Shown here: piece after piece, positions 13,620-28,222 of the stretch | Layout: each line of letters starts with the position of its first letter | Numbering within the stretch: the first letter of the stretch is position 1 | Assembly (NCBI RefSeq): GCF_009914755.1 | Contig: NC_060932.1 | Reading direction: 5' to 3' (one strand) | Length of the DNA: 64,000 bases | Origin: the human T2T-CHM13v2.0 reference genome, Homo sapiens | The notes under the pieces: generated by a model | What the model was told of the DNA's origin: nothing | Database searches by the model: none | Seen by the model: the letters and a program-made list of their open reading frames with translations, nothing else | Position numbers and translations under genes: made by a program

Positions 13620-14504
13620 CTTAAGCACAAACTAATTTCAAAACCAGTCTTAGAAATTATATCCTACGCACTTGTCAAACGGGGTCAGTTTTTCTTGAAA
13701 GTAAACCTCTGCTCTTCATCACACAATCTAAATCTGCCACCCTACCTAAGGCAGGGACTTAAAATGAGGGGCAGGTTTTCTCAGATAAAATAAGCAAACA
13801 GACGAATTGGAATATTTCGTCTCAATTCCCATGTACAATTTTCAGCCTCATATGCAAATCAATATGGCAACCATCTCTTTTTTCTATCAGCAAGAGCCAT
13901 GTGTTGGTATTAAGAGGCTAGGTTGTAGTTCCCCTCTTGACACCAGAAACACCAGGCCTACTGTTTTGTTTGATAGCCTAGCACAGATGTAACTTTTCTA
14001 AAGGGTAACATTTACTACTACACAGAAAGTCATTTTTAGAATGTTCCTAGTCCATCCAAGAAAGGCTAAAAAATGTTCTGTGTGATTCTGGACTTAAGAA
14101 GTCTTTTTCACTGAATTCTGGCCCTAGATGCTCACTCAACTAGTAACCATAATGCCCTGTTTTTCCCAAATGCTGAAATGGAACATTTACTGCATTGGCA
14201 ATGTTTTCTAGTGGGATTGGTTACAGAAACTGTCATTCATTCTTACTGTGCAATATTACACAGCCATAATTAATGATGTAGTTAAAAACATTTGATGGCA
14301 TATAATATATATATACATTGAATACATTGTAAGTAAGAAAATATACAGGTTAGAAAACTGTAGGTATAGCATATTGTAAAAAGAAAATATATATACACGC
14401 ATAGCGAAAAATGTCAGGAAGAATATACCAAAATGTTAACGATTATCTTTAAGTAGTATCATCTTTTTTACTTCTTGTCTTTCTGTTTCTCCTAAAACTT
14501 CTAA

Positions 14505-14543
14505 AATAAAAAGGTATTATTTTTCATGTAAAAGTTTAATAAA
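14505..14543 (+). terminator. Candidate distal polyadenylation signals
   Basis: AATAAA at 14505-14510 and 14538-14543. The second is preceded by TGTA (14527-14530) and followed by a GT-rich stretch. Confidence 0.3.
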
Positions 14544-15559
14544 CTTATGTGTCCATTTAAAAATATTCATCGAGTGTCTCCTATGTTCTGGGCAGTGGGG
14601 ATACGGCAGAGATAAGACAAACATGTCAGCCTACCTCCATGGATCTTTCACTCCAGTAGCTCCCCAAGATATTTTATCTTCAAATTATGGGTCATCCAAG
14701 AAAGGTACCAGATAAGGAATGTATTTCACGGATGAGGTTTAGGAAAAAGTATGAATACACCTCTGGTGATGTTGACAAGGAGAAGAGAATTATTTTAGGA
14801 TAAATTTGAAAGTAAGGTATTTATTATACTTTCTGCTGGATTGTGGACAGGAAGATGACAGGTAAACTCTTGACAAAATGTGCATTTTTCAAGTTCATAA
14901 TAAAAAGCTAAAGTTGAAAATCCTTCTTAGTCAAACAGAGCTCATTAACTCTCCTTTGATGTCAAAAGACATCCAAATGCTAAAAGCCTGGAGCAGTATT
15001 TGAAACACTTTTGGATCAGATGGCATCTTAAGAAATGTGTGAGAAGAAGTGGAAAGCAATGATAATTTTGGAATCAGCTATGTCTGGTATTCTATACATA
15101 GTATATTACATGCCTATCCTGCATGTAAAAATTAAATAAAATAATGTTCTGTGCCTAATTGTGCAGCCCTGGTGCTAAAGATATTAGTGTTTTTTTTTTT
15201 AAACCCATTTCCCGAGAAGTTGTCATGAGTTCCTACTTGTGTTCTTAAATAAGATTAATTTAAATTTATTCATTTGACAGCTTAGAGTTTTCTTACAGTT
15301 TAAATCTGTTTCAGAAAGGTTTTATTTATGTATTTTACAACATTTGAATCTTTTTCCCCCAAACAAAGCAAAACAAAATTAATACCAGCAATAACAACAA
15401 CAACAACAAAAACAACAAACAACCCACAGGATGGGATATCCAGTTCTGTAGGTTGAAACATTTGGTACCTCTCTTGCTCTCTCCTTTATAAGACACATAC
15501 ATGGAAATTACAAGATCTACTTAACAGCTGGGGCCATTTGGTGCTTTTTCATTTAACAG

Positions 15560-16170
15560 ATAATTATTGAGTTCCATCCATTCCAGGTGCTGTAATCGGC
15601 ACTGGGGATACAAAAGTGAACAGTTAAAGTCCTTGCTCAAACTCATGGAACACAGAGCTTGATGGAGAGAAGACATAAAACAATCACACACATAGATCAT
15701 TACAGACTGATGGACTAAACAGAAACAAAATACTGGAAGCAGAGAAAGAACACCTTCCAGGGGGCCTGTACCCAGTCTGGCATCAGAGAGGCATCCTGGG
15801 GAAGGGATGGCTTAACGGAGATGACAGAAGAAGAGATGGAGAGAAGGAAGAGCTCCCAGACAGAAGATGGCATGTGCAAAGGCCCCGTGGTGAGAGGGTG
15901 CAAGGCACATAGAGAAGTCTGAATGACGGCATCATAGTGAGAGTCAGAGGGTCCTGAGATGGAGCTGGAAAGTCACGCAGGGGCCATATCCTTAAGGGTT
16001 TGGGTCTTTATTTTAAGGGCAATGGATAGCTATTGAAGAATTTTAAGCAATGGAGAGGTAAACTTAGATTTCCATTCCATATGGAGAACAGATTAGTAGC
16101 CCTTCAGACAAGAGAGTGGCTATGTTCACTCAGTAATGGCAGTAGATGAGGGAAGCGGAGGGATCAGAGA
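15560..16170. mobile_element. L2 LINE fragments
   Basis: Degenerate L2 3' motifs (ccaggtgctgt..ggcactggggatacaaaagtgaac; ggcatgtgcaaaggccc; ttgaagaattttaagca). Confidence 0.6.
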
Positions 16171-16619
16171 TTCTATCTTTAAGGCTCCAGTGTGGTCTAA
16201 TGGGGAACTTGGATCTAGTGTTGACTCTGTTTCATACAAACTATGTGACCTAAGGTGGCTACCTTCTCATCTCTGATCCACAGTTTCCTAGTCATATGAG
16301 GAGGTTCATATAAATGGTGAGGAAAAGTCCATGGCATATTCTGGTGCAAGACTAACACGTTGATGGGTCTGTAGCATGGAGAGTTTGAAGGGGTGGATTG
16401 AACTCAGAGCTGGATTGTGAAGGGCTTTGAATGCCATGCTAAGAAGGTTGGATTTATGCAACATAAAGTGGTGAACGCTGGGAGGGTTTAAGCAGAGAAG
16501 TGGCAAGAACAGGTCTATGAATTCGACAAGTTGTTCAGCCTTCTGTGCAAAACAAATTGTCAGGGACAATTGAGGTGGGAGAGAGACATCCTAGGAATCA
16601 CAAGACATAACCCTGGCAG

Positions 16620-17243
16620 TGATAAAGGAGCCAAAAAGAAATTATTTAGGCAGATAGTGAGCGTAAGAGAGTTCTCAGTGGAAGTCGCTTTTAATAAAAA
16701 GCAGCCCCCAAAATAATTTTCTAACAGAAAGCAGCCTGAAGAATCAAGCTGCAAACATAGATAAGCAAGCTGGAAGCTTACATAGGTAAATGCCGGCAGC
16801 TATGCCAATAGAAAAGGACTACCTGGAAGCCAGGTATGTTCAACATGGAGGCTCCCACCTTTTCTTTGTCATCATGTGTGCAGTAAACAAGCAGGTAACA
16901 TGGCGCCAGCCAGGTAGAGAACCCATCTGCATAATAAGAGATTAGGGTGGAGCGGTCAGCTTCTTTGTGCACTATGTAAATGGAACATCTGGTCCAACCA
17001 ATCCTCTGTGCCCTATGTAAATCAGACACTGCCTCAAGCTCATCTATAAAACCAACCTCATCGCACTGGGAACCGGAAGATCCATTCCAAACCTCTTCCC
17101 TCTGCACAAAGGAGATTTTCTCTTTTGCCTATTAAACTTCTGCTCTTAAACTCACTCCTTGTGTGTCTGCATTCTTAATTTCCTTGGTATGAGGCAATGA
17201 ACCTCGGGTATTACCCCAGACAAACGACGTCGATGCCACTTCA
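16620..17243 (+). mobile_element. Solo ERV1 LTR, LTR9-like
   Basis: TGATAAAGGAGCCAAAAAGAAATTATTTAGGCAGATAGTGAG..CCACTTCA, with internal TATAAA and ATTAAA and a 4-bp TSD GCAG. Confidence 0.88.
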
Positions 17244-17686
17244 GCAGGATATAAGAACCTATGCCAGGACCATGGCTGCGAGGATGGAAAGGAAAAGCCA
17301 GATTCCAGAATCTTGATGACGTTCCTCCCAGAGGTGCCTGCCAGAGAGGACAAGGGAGTTTGGATGCTGGCTCCACCATTTCTACCTGGGCGGGTCACTT
17401 AGCCTCCCAGAGTCTCAATTTCCTCATTTGATAAAAAGAAGGTATTACCTGCTTGGCAAACGTTGGTGTAAAGATTGAAGAAAATGTATGGAAAGCGTAT
17501 AGCAAGAGCCTGGCACAAAGCCAGTCCTCATAGGTAGTAGCTTAGGTCACAGGTATCACTTCTACAGGCAGAATCAACAGGGTATGGGGCTTAATTGGAA
17601 ATGGACAGTGAGAAAAAAGGATCAGACCTTTTAGAAATGTTCTGCTACACAGACTAAGAAACTTTTCAACCAGTAATTATCCTGAA

Positions 17687-18570
<884 letters not shown>

Positions 18571-20639
18571 TTGAATATCTCCCAGGCATGGTAGTTCAGC
18601 TCAGTTTGGAAGTCAATTCAGCAGAGCTTTGAAAGTTGGTGGGATGATTATGGTATGTGAAAGGGAAGGCTCCACAGACACTTTTCTCTCAGAACAAGAT
18701 GTTTTCATTTGCTGTTCAACCTCTCAAGTGACAATTATCTCAGAAACAAAAGGACAGGATCCCTCCTGTCCTTCCCTGACTGATTAAATCCTGGAAAGCA
18801 CAGTGGATGAGGTGCTTTCTGAGCAGATGTGACAGGACTCTGCCACTTCTTCCCACATCCCAGCCTCAGGAGAGCCACATAAACTCTTAAGTTCAGCTTT
18901 TCTTTAACGCAGCAGTAGTTTCTTTACGTTCTTTGTTATCCCTAGTTTACAAAGGGCAATTTGAGAAAAGTACATTTTTCTGAAGCATTGTGTGGTTTCT
19001 GCATCATTGTACTAGCACAAAGAAAATGGGCTTTGGAAATGGAGAGAATGCCACTGAAACTTAGGCGTAGCCACTTACTAGCTGCATGACCTGGAGGGAG
19101 TTATTCAATGGCTCTGAATCTCATGTTCCTGATGCATAAAATGAAGATAACACCCATCTTACAGGATTGTGTGGGTTGGGCATGTGATGACTGGGGACAG
19201 AAGTAGAGGAACATTATTATATAAAGTGTCTAGTGTATTGTCTTCTATATCATAGGAATTTAAATTAATAATCGCTTACTATCTAAGCAACAAACTAATA
19301 TTCCTTCAGTGCTCTTATAGATTACAAAGTAATACATACAGTTCCTCAGGAATTCTCCCAAGAATCCCATTTTGTAGAGAGGAAACAGCTACAGGAACCT
19401 CCAGATCACCCGTTCATTTGGAACAGACCTAAGACCCAAGCCCAGGCCTCCTTTCTACTCCTTTGCGCTTTCCTTCCTAAGAGGCTGCCTGATGGTTTAT
19501 TTAAGGTGGGTAGGGTTGCCTCCAGGCAGAAAATTCCTCAGTGATTTTTTGAGGTTCATTCATGAGTTAGGGGTTGATCTAGCACCCCTGAAACATCTCA
19601 AATGTTTTACACAACACTATCATGTTTTGAGCCTCCCTTTTTACTTGAACCACATCATTTGATGGTTAGAGAATATAATGGGCATCTCTCATTCATGCTA
19701 CCCTAGACCTTTAAATACTTTTTTTTCCACATTTGACACATCTTCTAGTGAGAATCTCCCCATTCTCAGTGCAGAAAACAAACTCCGGAGTACAGACATT
19801 TAACTGAGCTCCCCACAGCCGGGCATACAACTTGGAAATTAGTTGTGTGAAGAAACAGACCAAGAAGGAGGTATCGATCACCCCAGACACTGCTAGCTGC
19901 AAAATAAACATCCATTTCTCCATCCTTCTTGGAAGTAGAATCCCAGCTGTAGTTGGGGGAGAATGTGCTAAACTAAAGGCACGTATTTCCAATCTCTTGC
20001 TATTAGGGGTAGCCAAGGTTATGTAAGCAGAGATCACTGGGGAGGGCTTTTAGGAAATCTCATTAAAGGGAGTTCACTCAGTGGCAGGCTCTCCATGCAT
20101 TTCTTCTTCCTCCTTCATCCCATCTGAATTGTGGTGTGATAGCTGGGGTCACATCGATTGTAAAGTCGCCAAGCCATTTCTAGTTGGTCTGTCTCTGGAT
20201 TTTTCTATGCAAAAGCCAAATAAACCCCTATCTTTCTAAAGCCAAAGTTATTTGGGGGTGTTGGTGTTATACACAGCTGAATCAAATCCCAGCTGACACA
20301 AAGAAGCTTTCCTTGACCTTACAGAAATGGAGTCACTTTCTTCCAGTACCTTGTCTGAGTTGCTTCACCTCAGCTCAATAAAGGACCAGGTAACACTAGG
20401 CCCCTTTGTGATGACATTTCTCTTCAAGTTAGAGCTAAAGCCCATGGAGAATTTCATGTCAGGAGGCACCTCTGCATTGATGGACCAAGCCAAGCAGTTA
20501 GAATCTTCAAGTAAAAGTTCTCTTTTATTTCCTGAGCTTCTCTTAAATTTCACCTTTAACTTTTTAAAATTTACTTTTAATTTTGGTATAATATACATAA
20601 CACAAAATTTACCAATTTAACTACTTTTACAAGTACAGT

Positions 20640-20786
20640 TTTGTTTTGTTTTTTCCTTTTCTTTTCATGGAGAATGGGGTCTCGCTATATTGCCTGGGCA
20701 GGTCTTGAATTCCTGGGCTCAGGCTATCCTCCTGACTCTGCGTCCCTAAGTGCTGGGATTACAGATGTGAGCCACTGTACTTGGCC
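20640..20786 (-). mobile_element. Alu monomer (FLAM_C-like)
   Basis: ggggtctcgctatattgcc..tcctgggctcaggc..gtgctgggattacag..ttggcc. Confidence 0.8.
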
Positions 20787-21190
20787 ATGTACAGTTCTGT
20801 GACATTAAGTACATTCACATTATCAGGCAACCATCATTGCCATCTATCTCTGGAACTTTTTTCATATTGTAAGACTGAAACTTTGTACCCATAACCCCCC
20901 ATTTCTCCCTCCCCCTAGCCCCTGGAAATCACCATTCTACTTTCTGTATGAATTCGACTAATACAGTATTTGTTCTTTTGTGATTGGTGTATTTCACTTA
21001 GTATACTGTCTTCAAAGGTTCATCTATGTTGTAGCATGTGTCAGAATTTCTCTCCTTTTAAAAGCTGAATAAAATAAAAACACCACATTTTGTTTATCCA
21101 TTCATGGGCACTTGAATTGCTTTCACCTTTTTGCCATTGTAATTAATGTGGCTATAAACATAGGTATACAAATATCTCCTCCAGACACTG

Positions 21191-24100
21191 TGTGATAGTC
21201 TGTTCTTGCATTACAATGAAGAAATTCCCGAGACTGGGTAACTTATAAAGAAAAGAAGTTTAGGGGAGTTGGGTCAAGATGGCAGACTAGAAGCAGCTCA
21301 TGTGTGCTGCTGTCATGGAGAGGAAACGAAAGGGCTAGTCAATGCTGACTCTGCAGGCTGATCATCTGACAAACACATCAGGATCCATCAAAGCAGCCAG
21401 GGAACACAGAGAGCAGAGAGGAGGGAAGCTGGGCACCAGCCTGTCTGGGCTCATTGCAGAACTGTAAGAACCTCTCCATCATGGGAAAGGGTGAGTGAGT
21501 GAGAGCCTCCTGAGGGATTCACATTCTTCACAGGGATCTATGAAAAACTGGGAATAGGAGAATCCCCCTGGCACCCTAACACAACCTCTCCAACCACACT
21601 TCTAAACTGAGACAGAGAGCCACTTGGATGTTTTGCAGGAGAAACTTTTGAGTCTAAGGGGACCTCTACAAGTCTTGACGTCTGCAGCAGACCAGCACTG
21701 GTGTCATGGCCCCAGTAGGGGCTGCAGTCACAGTGCCTGGGAGCAGTAGGATTGCTCTGCCCACTCTCACCAGACAAGGCTCAGCACCAACTTCCAGCCC
21801 AGCAGACTACTTCTGTGTGAACTCAGCCAGTGGGTGACCCTACCCACTCCTGCCACTGGTAGCCCAGGAGGGCAACGCCTGCTAGAGATTCCAGCCCAGT
21901 GATCTCACTTCCACTTGAACTCAGTTGCAGGCACAGCCTCTTGTCATTCTAGGAAGCACCCGGATGGCAGAGTGGGTGGCCTCACCTACCCCTGGTGGCC
22001 AGGCAGGCAATGGCTGTTAGGACTTCTAGCCCAGTGGTCCCACTTCTGTGTGAACTCAGCTGGCAGGTGCAGCCTCCTGTTGTCCTGGGAAGCACCTGGA
22101 TGGCAGGATGGGCCACCCCTGCCATTGGTAGCCAGGTGGGCAAGGGCTGCTAGAGCTTCCAACCAAGTGGTATTGCTTCTGTCTGAATGTAGCCAGCAGA
22201 TACAGCCTCCTGTTGTTCTGGGAGGCAGCCAAACAGTGGGTTCAGTGACTCCACCTACCTCTACCTCTCATAGCCAGGTGAACCACACCTGCTAGTGCTC
22301 CCAGCTCAGGAGTCCTACTTCTGACTGAATTTCCTGAGAGGAACAGCCTCCTGTTATCCCAGAAATACCTAAATGACAAGACAGGCAACTCCAGCTATCC
22401 CCACCTATTGCAGCCAGACAGGCCACACTCACTACAGCTTGCAGCCCACAGTCCCACTTCTGTCTGAACTCTGCAGGTGGGTGCAACACTGTGTTTCCCT
22501 GGGAAGCACTCAGACAGACAATTAGGGCTGACCCAGCAGGCATACAGCCTGTCTGCCAATTGCAGCCTCTACTTGAGGGAGCCCCATGGACCAGAACCCC
22601 CCAAAAAAGAAACGTGACACTAATTAGAGGGGGTTCCAAGACTCAGCAGTGGACTAGACTCAAAACCAATTGACTGAACCCACCTTATACCACAATCAAA
22701 CCCCCAAAGGCATCAAAGAACATTAAAAAAACCCATACAAAGGACAGCAACTTCAAAGATAGAAGCATCAGCCCATGCAGATAAGAAAGAACCAGTGCAA
22801 GAACTCTGGCAACTCAAAAAGCCATGGTGTCTTCTTGCCTCCAAATAGCAGTAGTTCCCCAGCAATGGTTCTTAACCAGGTTGAAATGGCTGAAATGTCA
22901 GAAATTGAAGAAGATGGATAGGAAGGAAGATGGACATTCAGGAGAAAGTAAAAAACCAATCCAAGGAATCTAAGGAATACAATAAAACAATACAGGAGAT
23001 AAAAGACAAAATGGCCATTTTAAGAAAGAACAACTTGAATTACTAGAGCTGAAAAACTCAGTTCAAGAACTTTATCATACAGTTGCAAGTATTAACAGCA
23101 GACTTGACCAAGCTGAAGAAAGAATCTCAGAGCTCAAAGATGAATTCTCCAAAATAACTCAGTCAGACAAAATTAAGGGAAAACCAATAAAGAATAAACA
23201 AATCCTACTAGATATATGGGATTACATAAAGAGACCAAATCTATGATTCATTGGTATCCCTGAAAAAGAGGGTGAGAAAGCAAGCAACTTGGAAAACATA
23301 TCTGAGGATAGCATCCATGAAAATGTCCCTAACCTTGCTAGAGAGGCCAACATTCAGGAAATGCAGAGAACCCCTGTGAGATGCTATACAATATGGCCAT
23401 CCCCAAGATACATGGACATCAGATTATTCAAGGTTGAAGTGAAAGAAAAAAATATTAAAGGAAGCTAGAGAAAAGGGACAAGTCACCTACAGAGGAAATC
23501 CCATCGAGCTAACAGCAGACCTTTCAGTAAAAATCCTATAAGCCAGATGAGATTAGGGGCCTATATGCAGCATTGTTACAGAAAAGAAATTCCAACAAAA
23601 AATTTCATATCTGGCCAAACTAAGCTTCATAAGAAAAGGAGAAATAAGATCACTCTCAGACAAGCAAATACTAAGAGAATTTGTTACCACCAGATTTGTC
23701 TTACAAGAGGTCCTTAAGGGAGTTCTAAATATGGAAAGCAAAGATTGTTACTGGCTACCAAGAAAACACACTTAAGTACATAGACCATTGACACTATAAA
23801 GCAACCACACAAGCAAGTTGATATAATAACCAGCTAACAACATGATGACAGAATAAAACCTGTACATATCAATATTAACCTTGACTATAAACAAGCTATT
23901 AATAAATGCCCCAATTAAAAGGCATGGAGTAGCGAGTTGGATAAAGAAGCAGGACCCAATTCTATGCTATCTATAAGAGACTCACAACACATGCAACACA
24001 ACCCATAGGCTCAAGGTAAAGGGATGGAGAAAAATGCACCAAGCAAACAGAAAACAGAAAAAAAAAAGCAGGAGTTGCTATTCTAATTTCAGACCAAACA

Positions 24101-27100
24101 GATTAAACCAACAATGATCAAAAAAGACAAAGACATTACATAGTGGTGAAGGGTTCAATTCAACAAGACCACCTAACTATGCTAAGTATATATGCACCCA
24201 ACACAGGAGCCCCTATATTCATAAAGCAAATTCTTAGAGATGTATGAAGAAACCTAAATAACCATACAATAATAGTGAGAGACTTCAACCCATCACTGAG
24301 AGTATTTGACAGATTGTTGAGGCATCAAACAAAGATATTCAGGACCTGAACTCAACATTTGACCAAATGGGCCTAACAGACATCTACAGAACTCTTTTCC
24401 CAAAACCAACAGAATATACATTCTTGTACTCTGCATATAGAACACACTCTAAAATTGACCACACAACAGCCATAAAACAATCTCAGAAAATTCAAAAAAA
24501 CCCAAAATCATACCGAACACTCTCAGACCACAGCACAACAAAAATAGAAATCAATACTAAGAAAATCACACAGAACCATACAATTTCATGGAAAGTAAAC
24601 AATCTGCTCCCAAACGACTTTTGGTTAAACAATGAAATTAAGGTAGAAATCAAGAAATTCTTTGAAACTAGTGAGAGCAAAGATAAAACATACCAGAATC
24701 TCTAGGACATAGCTAAGGCAATGTTAAGAAGGATGTTTATAATGTTAAATGTCCACATCAAAAAGTTAGAAAGATCTCAAATTAACAACCAACATTTCAC
24801 CTAAAGGAACTAGAAAAACAAGAGCAAAACAACCCTGAAACTGTGAGAAGACAATAAGTAACCAAAATTAGAGCTGAACTATAGAAAACTGAGACATGAA
24901 AAACCATACAAATGATCAACAAATCCAGGAGTTTGTTTCTGGAAAGAATAAATAAGATTTACAGACCACTAGCTAGACTAACAAAGAAAGTAAAGATCTA
25001 AATAAACATAATCAGAAATGACAAAGGAGACATTTGCAACCAACCCCACAAAAATACAAAAAAACTCTGAGACTACTACAAATACCTCTATGCATACAAA
25101 CTAGAAAACCTAGAAAAAATGGATAAATTCCCAGAAACATATAATCTCCCAAGATTGAAGCAGGAAGAAATTGAATTATTGTACAGACCAATGAGTTCCA
25201 AAATTGAATCAGTAATAAAAAGCCTACCAACCAGAAAAAGCCCAGGACCAGAAGGATTTACAGACAAATTTTACCAGATATATAAACAAGACCTGGTACC
25301 ATTTCTACTAAAACTATTCCAAAAAATTGAGAAGGGACTCCTTCCTAACACATTTCATGAGGCCAGCATCATCTTGATACCCAAACCTGGCAGAAATGCA
25401 ACAAAAAAAGAAAAATTCAGGCCCATAACCCCAATGAACATAGATGCAAAAATCCTCAACAAAATACTAGCAAACTGAATCCAGCAGCATATCAAAAAGC
25501 TAACCCACCACATACAAATAAGCTTTATCCCTGGAATGCAAGGTTGGTCCAATACATGCAAATCAATAAATGTAATTCATCACATAAACAGATCTAAAAA
25601 CAAAAACCACATGATCATATCAATAGATGCAGGAAAAGCTTAAATAAAATTCAACATCCCTGTATGCTAAAAACATTCAAACTAGGCATTGAAGGAACAT
25701 ACCTCAAAATAAGAGCCATTTATGAAAAATTCACAGCTGAAATCATACCCCGGGGAAAAGTTGGAAGCATTCCCCTTGAGAACTAGAACAAGACGAGGAT
25801 TTCCACTCTCACAACTCCTATTCAACATAGTACCGGAAGTCCTAGCCAGAGCAATCAGACAAGAGGAAGAAATAAAAGTCATCCAAATAGGAACAGAGGA
25901 AGTCAAACTATCTCTGCTTGCAGATGACATGATTCTTACTTAAAATACCCCATAGTTTCTGCCCAAAAGCTCCTAGATTTAATAAGTTCAGCTAAGTTTT
26001 AGGATACAAAGTCAACATACAAAAATTAGTAACACGTCTATATACCAACAACATTCAAGCTGATAGCCAGATCAAGAATGCAATCTCATTCACAATAGCC
26101 ACATAAAGAATAAAATACCTTGGAATACAGCTAACCAGGGAGGGTGAAAGATATCTGCAATAAGAATTATAAAATACTGCTCAAAGAAATCAGGGATGAC
26201 ACAAACAAATGGAAAAATACTTCATGCTCATGGACAGGAAGAAGCAATATTGTAAGAATAGCCATATGGCCCACAGCAATATACAGATTCAATGCTATTC
26301 CTATCAAACTACCAGTGACATTCTTTACAGAGTTAGAAAAATAATCTTAAAATTCATATGGAACCAAAAAAGAGCTTGTATTCAAGGGAATCCTAAGCAA
26401 AAAGAACATAGCTAGAGGCATCACATTACCTGACTTCAAACTATACTACAAGCCTACAGTAACCAAACAGCATGGTACTGGTACAAAAAACAGACACACG
26501 GACCAATGGAGCAGAATATAGAGACCAGAAACAAAGCCACACACCTACAACCATTTGATCCTCAACAAAGTTGACAATAATATGCAACAGGGAAAAGATT
26601 CTCTATTCAATGAATCGTGCTGGGAAAACTGGCTAGACATATGCAGCAGACTGAAGTTGGACTCCTTCCTTACAACATATACAAAAATCAAAGACTTAAG
26701 TGTAAAACCTACAACTATAAAAACCCTGCAAGATAACCTAGGATATATCATTCTGGACATAGGCCTTGGCAAAGATTTTATAACAAAGATGCCAAAGCAA
26801 TTGCAACAAAAACAAAAATTGACAAATGGGACCTAATCAAACTAAGGAGTTTCTGCACCTTAGTTTCCTTTTATTCTGTTGAAAGGAAACTATCAACGGA
26901 GTAAAGAGACAACCTACGGAATCAGAGAAAATATTTGCAAACCATGCATCTGACAAAGGGCGAATACTCAGAATCTATTAGGAGCTTAAATTTATAAGAG
27001 AAAACCCCATTAAAAAGTGGACATAGGACATGAACAGAAACTTTTCAAAAGAAGACATACACAAGGCCAACCAGCATATGAAAAATAATGCTCAACATCA

Positions 27101-28222
27101 TTAACCGTTATAGAAATGCAAATCAAAACCACAATGAGATACTATCTCACACCAGTCAGACTGGCAATTATGAAAAAGGCAAAAAATGACAGACATTGGC
27201 ATGGTTGCAAAGAAAAGGGATGCTTATACACTGCTGGTGAAAATGTAAGTTAGTTCAGCCATTGTGGAAAGTAGTGTGACGATTTCTCAAAGAACTTAAA
27301 GCAGAAGTACCATACGACCTAGCAATCCCGTAATTGGGTATATACTCAAAGGAATATAAATCATTCTATCATGAAGACACATGTATGCGTATGTTCACTG
27401 CAGCACTATTCACAATAGCAAAAACATGGAATCAACATTAATGCCCATCAATTGTAGACTGGATAAAGAAAATATGGTACACATACACCACGGAATACTA
27501 TGCAGCCATAAAAAAAATGTGATCACGTCATTCGCAGCAACATGGATGGAGCTGGAATCCATTATCATAAGTGAACTAGCACAGGAACAGAAAACCAAAT
27601 ACCGCATGTTCTCATTTATAAGTGGGAGCTAAACATTGAATACACATGGACGCTAAGAAGGGAATAACAGACACTGGGGCCTACTTGAGTGGGGAGGAGG
27701 GAGAGAATTTAAAAAACTACCTATTGGGTATTATGCTTATTACTGGGGTGATGAAATAATCTGTACACCAAACCCTTGTGACACACAATTTACCTATATA
27801 ACAAACCTGCACATGTACCCCTGAACCTAAAAAAAATTTAAAAAATCCAACCCCACTGGAAACAAGAAAAAAAAAATGTAAAGAGGTTTAATTAGCTCAT
27901 GGTTTTGTGGGCTATACCTGAAGTATGGCGCTAGCATGTTCTTAGCTTCTGTGAGGCCTTGAGCTGCTTACAATCATGGCGGAAGGTGAAGCAGGAGCAG
28001 GCATCTCACATGGCAAGAACAGGAGCAAGAGAGAATGATGGGGACGATGTCACACACTTTCAACCAACCAGATCTCAGGAGAACTCACTATCTTGAAGAC
28101 AGCCCTAAGTCATGAGGGATTCGCCCCTATGACCCAAACTCTTCCCACCAGACCCCACCTCCAAAATTGGGGATTACATTTCAACATGAGATTTAGAGGG
28201 GACAACATCCCATCTATTATCA
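21191..28222 (-). mobile_element. MSTA-like MaLR LTR split by an L1 (pieces 21191-21262 and 27880-28222)
   Basis: tgtgatagtctgttcttgcatt..ataaagaaaagaagttta resumes as aaagaggtttaattagctcatgg..acaatcatggcggaaggtgaag..tatca. Degenerate 5-bp TSD cactg/ccttg. Confidence 0.85.
21263..27879 (+). mobile_element. Full-length inactive LINE-1, L1PA15/16-like
   Basis: 5' caagatggcagactagaagcagc. Disrupted ORF1 (~22780-23760) and ORF2 remnants ([49 protein letters not shown]), 3'UTR and A tail. TSD aaagaagttta / aaagaggttta. Confidence 0.95.

Noticed and set aside
21263-27879. Active L1
   Set aside because: ORF1 and ORF2 are broken by many stops and frameshifts; old subfamily.
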